DNA of 64,000 nucleotides. Source: an uncultured Sphingobacteriales bacterium. Its GTDB lineage: Bacteria > Bacteroidota > Bacteroidia > CAILMK01 > CAYYUA01. The stretch covers positions 51,928-115,927 of the forward strand of contig CAZLQF010000005.1 in the NCBI GenBank assembly GCA_964561545.1, read 5' to 3'. A program made the position numbers and the translations under genes. The notes beneath the pieces were generated by a model. It was not told the origin of the DNA, made no database searches, and saw only the letters and a list, made by a program, of their open reading frames with translations. Shown here in pieces: positions 58,619 through 64,000 of this stretch (its first letter is position 1; every line of letters begins with the position of its first letter).

Positions 58619-59029
58619 ATGAAAAAAACACACATTATTGGTATAGTCATGATAGCCGTGGCCATTGGCGCAATCATTGTTTCTGTCGGTGATACAAGCT
58701 CTTATGTAAATTTCAGCAAAGCGGAATCTAATCCTAATACTCAATACCACGTGGTAGGGCAATTAGATAAGGATAAACCTTTAAATTACAACCCTCGGAA
58801 AGACCCGAACCACTTCTCATTTCACTTAAGGGATGAAGCTGGCAAAGTACGCAAAGTTGTCTACAAAGATGCCAAACCCAATGATTTTGAACGCTCTGAA
58901 CAGGTTGTCATTGTAGGAGAAATGGGTGATGATGAGGTGTTTCATGCATCCAAAATTTTAATGAAATGCCCCTCGAAGTACAAGGATAAGGAATTGGATG
59001 TGAAATCGAAAGAAGTGGCAAAAAATTAG
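58619..59029 (+). CDS. ccmE: Heme chaperone CcmE, CxxxY type
   Basis: N-terminal TM, OB-fold pattern, VVIVG...FHASKILMKCPSKY. Confidence 0.94.
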   Translation: MKKTHIIGIVMIAVAIGAIIVSVGDTSSYVNFSKAESNPNTQYHVVGQLDKDKPLNYNPRKDPNHFSFHLRDEAGKVRKVVYKDAKPNDFERSEQVVIVGEMGDDEVFHASKILMKCPSKYKDKELDVKSKEVAKN

Positions 59030-59030
59030 C

Positions 59031-61439
59031 ATGGCCAACCAAGGTGAATTACTCTTTCCGGGATATTTAGGGTACTTTTTTGTGGCGTTATCTTTTGGCG
59101 CTGCTCTTTTATCACTTATTGCTTATTTTAATTACACCAACAAGCCTTCATTATTTTCCTGGCAAAGGATAGCCCGAGGCTCATTTTTGGTACACGGTTT
59201 ATCCGTCATTGGTATCATGTCAGTCTTGTTTTTCCTTATTTACAACCACCGATATGAATACCACTATGTGTGGTCACATTCTTCCAATATTTTACCCGTT
59301 AAATACATGATTTCTTGCTTTTGGGAAGGGCAGGAAGGCAGCTTTTTATTGTGGAGTTTTTGGCATGTAATATTGGGGTTGTTGTTGATCAAAACAGCCC
59401 GTAAATGGGAAGGCCCCGTTATGAGCATGGTGCTACTGGCCCAGGTTACGTTAAGTTCGATGTTATTAGGGTTTGAAATTTTTGGGGTCAAAATTGGTAG
59501 TAACCCTTTTATTTTGTTAAGGGATGCCATGCCTAATGCACCCATTTTTGAAATGCCCAATTATACCAGCTTTCTTAAAGACGGTCAAGGACTCAATCCT
59601 TTGTTACAAAATTATTGGATGGTCATCCATCCGCCTGTTTTGTTTCTGGGTTTTGCTTCTACCATTGTGCCTTTTGGTTTTGCTGTAGGTGGGTTATGGC
59701 TTAAAAAATTCTCTGACTGGGTTAAACCCGCATTACCATGGACGCTATTCTCGCTGATGATATTGGGGACTGGCGTTTTAATGGGAGGAGCTTGGGCCTA
59801 TGAAGCCTTGAACTTTGGCGGCTTCTGGGCATGGGACCCCGTGGAAAATGCAGCTTTGGTCCCTTGGTTGTTCATCCTTGCCGGCTTGCACACCATGGTC
59901 ATATTCAAAAACCGCGGGACTTCCTTGCTTTCCTCTTTTATTTTTATCAAGCTTGGTTTTTTGCTGATCTTGTATGCAACCTTTCTTACCAGGAGTGGTG
60001 TATTAGGAGATTCTTCCGTACACTCTTTTACCGACCTTGGCCTCTCTGGTCAATTACTCATGTTCATCTTTATTTTTCTGGGGATTTCCATCTTTTTATT
60101 GGTAAAAAACTGGCGGCAAATACCTGCTCCAAAAGACGAAGACCGTCTCTATTCGCGTGAATTCTGGATGTTTATAGCTGCTTTGGTTTTCAGCCTCTCA
60201 GCATTTCACATTACTTTTGTTACTTCTATTCCCGTTTTTAATAAGATACCAGGCGTTAACATGGCACCGCCAGCCGAACTCATTCAACATTACAACAAAG
60301 TTCAGCTGCCCATAGCCATCATTATAATGCTAATAACCGCTTTTGGGCAGTATTTAAAGTACAAAAGCACTGCACCGGGTCGCTTCTTTAAAAAGATAGG
60401 AATCGCTTTGGGAATCACAGCTGTTCTTTCAACCGGGTTGATCTATATAACCGGAATGCAGAATGTGCTGTTCAATACGCTCTTGGTAACAAGTGTATTT
60501 GGAGTGGTTGGCAATTTTAATTACATGTTACCACAGCTTAAAAGTGGTAAATTTAGGTTCAGTGGAGCTTCCATTAGTCATATAGGTTTTGCTTTGTTGA
60601 TATTGGGCGCCCTTATTTCTACTTCACAGCAAAGACCTATCTCCATCAACAAAGAAGGCATTGATTATGGAGAAGCTTTTGAGAAAGAAGACAATCAAAC
60701 CAACATTTTATTACGTAAGAATGAACCCAAGGTCATGAGGGACTATGTGGTTACTTATGTAGGAGATTCCGTTAAAGAGCCCAATACCTACTACAAAGTA
60801 CATTACCAAAAATTGGATGAAGAATCCCTTGATACGACAGAAAGGTTTACATTAAAGCCTCGTGCTCAAATTAATCCTGACATGGGCCTGATTGCCAGTC
60901 CGGATACCAGGCATTATTTAACACAAGACGTGTACACCCACGTAACTTCAGTACCAGACAAATCCAGTGAGGATTTTAAAATGGAATATGAAGAACCGGT
61001 AAAACGCCTTTTCGAACCCGGCGATACCATCAAATTCAAAGATTTTTTGATTCATGCCCAGTCTGTAAATACCCAGCCTGACCAAGCCAATGTGCCAGTC
61101 AATAATTATGATATTGCCACATCTTTGGACTTAAAGATCAAAAAACACCGACAAGAAGTAGATGCTAAACCTTTGTTTATCATAAAAGGTGGACGGGTGA
61201 TAAGCCCGGAAAAGAAGTTTGATGAAATTGGATTAAAGCTGCAATTCTCCAATGTGCTTCCGGAAAAAGAAAAGCTTGAACTTACCCTTGCTAAGGGTGA
61301 GCAGCCCATTAAGGACTATATCATTATGAAGGCCATTGTATTTCCCTACATCAATTTCTTATGGTTGGGGTGTGTATTAATGGTGATCGGGATGGGAATT
61401 GCTAACTTTCGAAGGGTTAAAGAAAACAAAGCTGCATGA
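59031..61439 (+). CDS. ccmF: Cytochrome c heme lyase CcmF with extended periplasmic region
   Basis: WEGQEGSFLLW, GLNPLLQNYWMVIHPP, FGGFWAWDPVEN, FLTRSG...SVHSF, SHIG, final PYINFLWLG TM. Confidence 0.94.
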   Translation: MANQGELLFPGYLGYFFVALSFGAALLSLIAYFNYTNKPSLFSWQRIARGSFLVHGLSVIGIMSVLFFLIYNHRYEYHYVWSHSSNILPVKYMISCFWEGQEGSFLLWSFWHVILGLLLIKTARKWEGPVMSMVLLAQVTLSSMLLGFEIFGVKIGSNPFILLRDAMPNAPIFEMPNYTSFLKDGQGLNPLLQNYWMVIHPPVLFLGFASTIVPFGFAVGGLWLKKFSDWVKPALPWTLFSLMILGTGVLMGGAWAYEALNFGGFWAWDPVENAALVPWLFILAGLHTMVIFKNRGTSLLSSFIFIKLGFLLILYATFLTRSGVLGDSSVHSFTDLGLSGQLLMFIFIFLGISIFLLVKNWRQIPAPKDEDRLYSREFWMFIAALVFSLSAFHITFVTSIPVFNKIPGVNMAPPAELIQHYNKVQLPIAIIIMLITAFGQYLKYKSTAPGRFFKKIGIALGITAVLSTGLIYITGMQNVLFNTLLVTSVFGVVGNFNYMLPQLKSGKFRFSGASISHIGFALLILGALISTSQQRPISINKEGIDYGEAFEKEDNQTNILLRKNEPKVMRDYVVTYVGDSVKEPNTYYKVHYQKLDEESLDTTERFTLKPRAQINPDMGLIASPDTRHYLTQDVYTHVTSVPDKSSEDFKMEYEEPVKRLFEPGDTIKFKDFLIHAQSVNTQPDQANVPVNNYDIATSLDLKIKKHRQEVDAKPLFIIKGGRVISPEKKFDEIGLKLQFSNVLPEKEKLELTLAKGEQPIKDYIIMKAIVFPYINFLWLGCVLMVIGMGIANFRRVKENKAA

Positions 61440-62215
61440 ATCGCACTTATGAACTTGTGATCTTAGGTACAGGTAATGTAGCCCATCACCTGGCCAAAGC
61501 CTTTTATGACCAGGGATGTACCATAAAGCAAGTTTATTCTAAAACGCAAGCCAATGCTGATCAACTTGCAAAAGCCGTTAATGCTAACCCCGTATCTGAA
61601 ATAAAAGCACTTAATTCCAAGGCAGATTTTTATTTAGTGGCCTTGAAAGATGATGCCATTCCTGAGGTCGCTGAGCAGATATCCCTTAGCAACGCCCTAA
61701 TTGCCCATACTTCCGGTAGTTGGGGATTGGATGCTTTAACAAATGCAACTAAAAGAGCCGGTATTTTTTATCCTCTGCAGACTTTTTCAAAGGATAGGGC
61801 TATTGAAATGCGGGAAATTCCGATTTTTATTGAGGCAAATGAGCAAGAAGATCTTGTCCAATTAAAGCACTTGGCCACATTGCTTACCCCTGCAGTGTAC
61901 GAAATTGACAGCCAAGTGCGTACCTACCTTCACTTAAGTGCAGTCATAGCCAATAATTTTAGCAACCACTTGTGGTATCTGGCAAAAGAAGAGTTAAAAA
62001 AAGCCAATCTCCCCTACGAGATTCTTCAACCATTACTTCAAGAAACCTTGGCTAAAAGCATGGAGCAAGGGCCTTACCATGCCCAGACAGGACCAGCCAA
62101 AAGGGGCGATGAATCCATTGTTAAAAAACACTTGGAATTAATTGAAAATCCCGAACTCAAGGAACTTTACCATAAACTTTCAAAAAGCATTGCCAACACT
62201 TATCTTAAAGAGTAG
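61436..62215 (+). CDS. Rossmann-like plus DUF2520 oxidoreductase
   Basis: GTGNVA, HTSGS, FYPLQTF, HLSAVIANNF, QTGPAKRGD; ATGA overlap with the ccmF stop. Confidence 0.9.
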   Translation: MNRTYELVILGTGNVAHHLAKAFYDQGCTIKQVYSKTQANADQLAKAVNANPVSEIKALNSKADFYLVALKDDAIPEVAEQISLSNALIAHTSGSWGLDALTNATKRAGIFYPLQTFSKDRAIEMREIPIFIEANEQEDLVQLKHLATLLTPAVYEIDSQVRTYLHLSAVIANNFSNHLWYLAKEELKKANLPYEILQPLLQETLAKSMEQGPYHAQTGPAKRGDESIVKKHLELIENPELKELYHKLSKSIANTYLKE

Positions 62216-62284
62216 CCATTATTAAGTTCAGACTCCGATATATAAATACTTATTTTGTTTTATTAAAATGAACGTTGGATGCTA

Positions 62285-63829
62285 TTAATTAGCCTCAGCT
62301 ACTTGGTTCATTTCTTTGTGCCTCAATCCATTAAGAATATGGACCCACAGGTTTTCATAAGGTATCACCTCAAGGTTATCAATGTGATCGCTGCTGGTAG
62401 TATCGGTCTGTTTTAGCTCATCGTAATAGGCTTGGCCAACATCTCGGGTTTTTACGAAGTCAAAGTCGTGTTTTTCCATCACCTGGAGGAGCTGGATAAA
62501 TAGGTTCGAGCGTTGAGTGTTGGGCTTTTTGTTTAGATAACGAACCTTGTATTGATGGATGGCCCCCATCCGGTCGATGATCTTATCAAATTGGTTGTTT
62601 TTAAGGTAAAACAGGATTTGAATGATCAAGATGGCTACGTTCATACTCGTTTTATCCTTGGATAAGGTGGGTACTTCATTGAGGAATTTTTGAATCCTGA
62701 ACCTACGCTTGTTATCATCAAAAATGCTTTTACCCCATATAATGAGTAAAGAATACTCAAGGTAAGCTTCAAAGATCTTCCATTTTTCTTTATGGACTTC
62801 CGGAAGCTGCTTGAAAAACGAATGATTCATAACTCCCTGATAAATGTAATAAGCTTGCAGGTAATTACGCGTGTGCATGGCAAGGAAGAAGTAATATTCC
62901 TGGAAATAAAGCCAGTTTACATTATCTTTAGGAAATTGATTGGAGAAGTATTGAGCGGTATTTTTGCCATTTTGAAAGTCTTTTAAGCGAATGTAACTTA
63001 AAATCTTAATAACCGCAAAATGCTGCAAGTTGATGAGGTTGAACCTTACATTCTTTGAAAGTTCATTAATGGCAGTATCACTGATATAGACGGCTTCTTC
63101 AAAATAGCCAAATTCATAAAAATACCTGGCTTTTATTTTGTAATAAGTTAAATCGATGGAAAAAGACTGGTGGTCCTTTCTTATTGCTTCAATTTCATCA
63201 TAAAGTTTTGTTATTTTATTCCGCTTTTCATCAACCCCTTTGTTTTCCTTTTTAATGTAGTTAAGATTCATTTTATAATGAACTTCCTCAGCTTTTAGCT
63301 CGGCCTGATATTTATTTATTTTAAATTCTAACTCTGAAGAAATCTCTTCAAATTTCTTTTCATTAGCTATTAAGCTGTAATGAACTCTTAATTTGTGTAA
63401 AACTTCCACCTCAATGCCCGTAAATTCATATTCTTGGGCTGTTGTTTTTAATTGTTTAAATTCTTTAAAAGCTTCATTTCTTAACCCATGTGAAACTAAC
63501 ATTTTTGCCGTAAATAAATCCCTGTTTGCTTTGTAGTAAGCCTTAAAATATTCAGAATTATATTTTTTATCATGATCCAGAAAAAACAAATTGTTCTTTA
63601 GTTTTTCAATGAAGCGCTTTTTAAACATCAGGTACTTTTTGTCTTCCCCCGAAGAATCATAAAGGAAGGAGGCAGCTTCTTCATCGCTTTTGATCTTACC
63701 TGATTTTACTGCCTTGAACAAACTTGCATAGTGGTTGGTAGGATTCGCAAGTTCTTCTTCATTGAAAACCTCAATTTTACGCACCCTTTTCTTACTGATA
63801 ATATTAATCAGTGATTTGATCAGTTTCAT
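62285..63829 (-). CDS. Hypothetical 514-aa cytoplasmic alpha-helical protein (putative N-terminal HTH plus helical repeats)
   Basis: Long open frame; no signal peptide from ATG 63829; amphipathic helices throughout; no named family recognised. Confidence 0.8.
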   Translation of the reverse strand: MKLIKSLINIISKKRVRKIEVFNEEELANPTNHYASLFKAVKSGKIKSDEEAASFLYDSSGEDKKYLMFKKRFIEKLKNNLFFLDHDKKYNSEYFKAYYKANRDLFTAKMLVSHGLRNEAFKEFKQLKTTAQEYEFTGIEVEVLHKLRVHYSLIANEKKFEEISSELEFKINKYQAELKAEEVHYKMNLNYIKKENKGVDEKRNKITKLYDEIEAIRKDHQSFSIDLTYYKIKARYFYEFGYFEEAVYISDTAINELSKNVRFNLINLQHFAVIKILSYIRLKDFQNGKNTAQYFSNQFPKDNVNWLYFQEYYFFLAMHTRNYLQAYYIYQGVMNHSFFKQLPEVHKEKWKIFEAYLEYSLLIIWGKSIFDDNKRRFRIQKFLNEVPTLSKDKTSMNVAILIIQILFYLKNNQFDKIIDRMGAIHQYKVRYLNKKPNTQRSNLFIQLLQVMEKHDFDFVKTRDVGQAYYDELKQTDTTSSDHIDNLEVIPYENLWVHILNGLRHKEMNQVAEAN

Positions 63830-64000
63830 GCTTGATAAATTTCTCTTCTTCCAATGTAAATTTATAAAATGTTCATTTAAAAAGAAAAAAGCGCTACCAA
63901 AAAATAAAATCTGCAAATCAATGAATTCAATATTAACATATGTTAGTATTGAATTATTTTTTATTGTAATAGGATTTCAGGAAAGCCATCATTTTACGTT

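Noticed and set aside
1-64000. CRISPR array, rRNA, complete tRNA, intact transposase, integrase or prophage genes
   Set aside because: No regularly spaced repeats, no full cloverleaf and no intact recombinase or phage structural ORF seen by eye; a covariance-model scan was not possible.

Overview
A 64 kb, roughly 35-40% GC, densely coding chromosomal segment from a Bacteroidota bacterium. The assignment rests on TAnnTTTG -7 promoter boxes, signal peptides followed by Gln, a PorE-like OmpA protein, a SurA-trio/MoxR cluster and a CxxxY-type ccm operon. Most content is housekeeping: ruvB, queG, tyrS, fbp, fbaB, accD, split transketolase, frr, upp, rfbCD, gpsA, mtaB, lptF/G, ccmBCDEF, M1 and M32 peptidases and efflux parts. 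No CRISPR array, rRNA, complete tRNA or intact mobile element was found. Translating the intergenic gaps by hand revealed relics absent from the ORF track: a dead IS4-family transposase (806-1240), a frameshifted DUF5723-like barrel gene (about 10150-10770) and small relics at 31540-31572 and 32693-32999. The best leads for unexplored biology are: an exported VWA protein wedged between the two transketolase subunit genes; a coupled polysaccharide deacetylase and FemAB/GNAT pair; an unannotated 514-aa putative HTH plus helical-repeat protein with an internal GC step; a TyrRS whose HIGH motif reads GIGN; and a System I* ccm operon with an enlarged CcmF. No database searches were run, so family calls come from motif recognition and none of these leads is shown to be novel.
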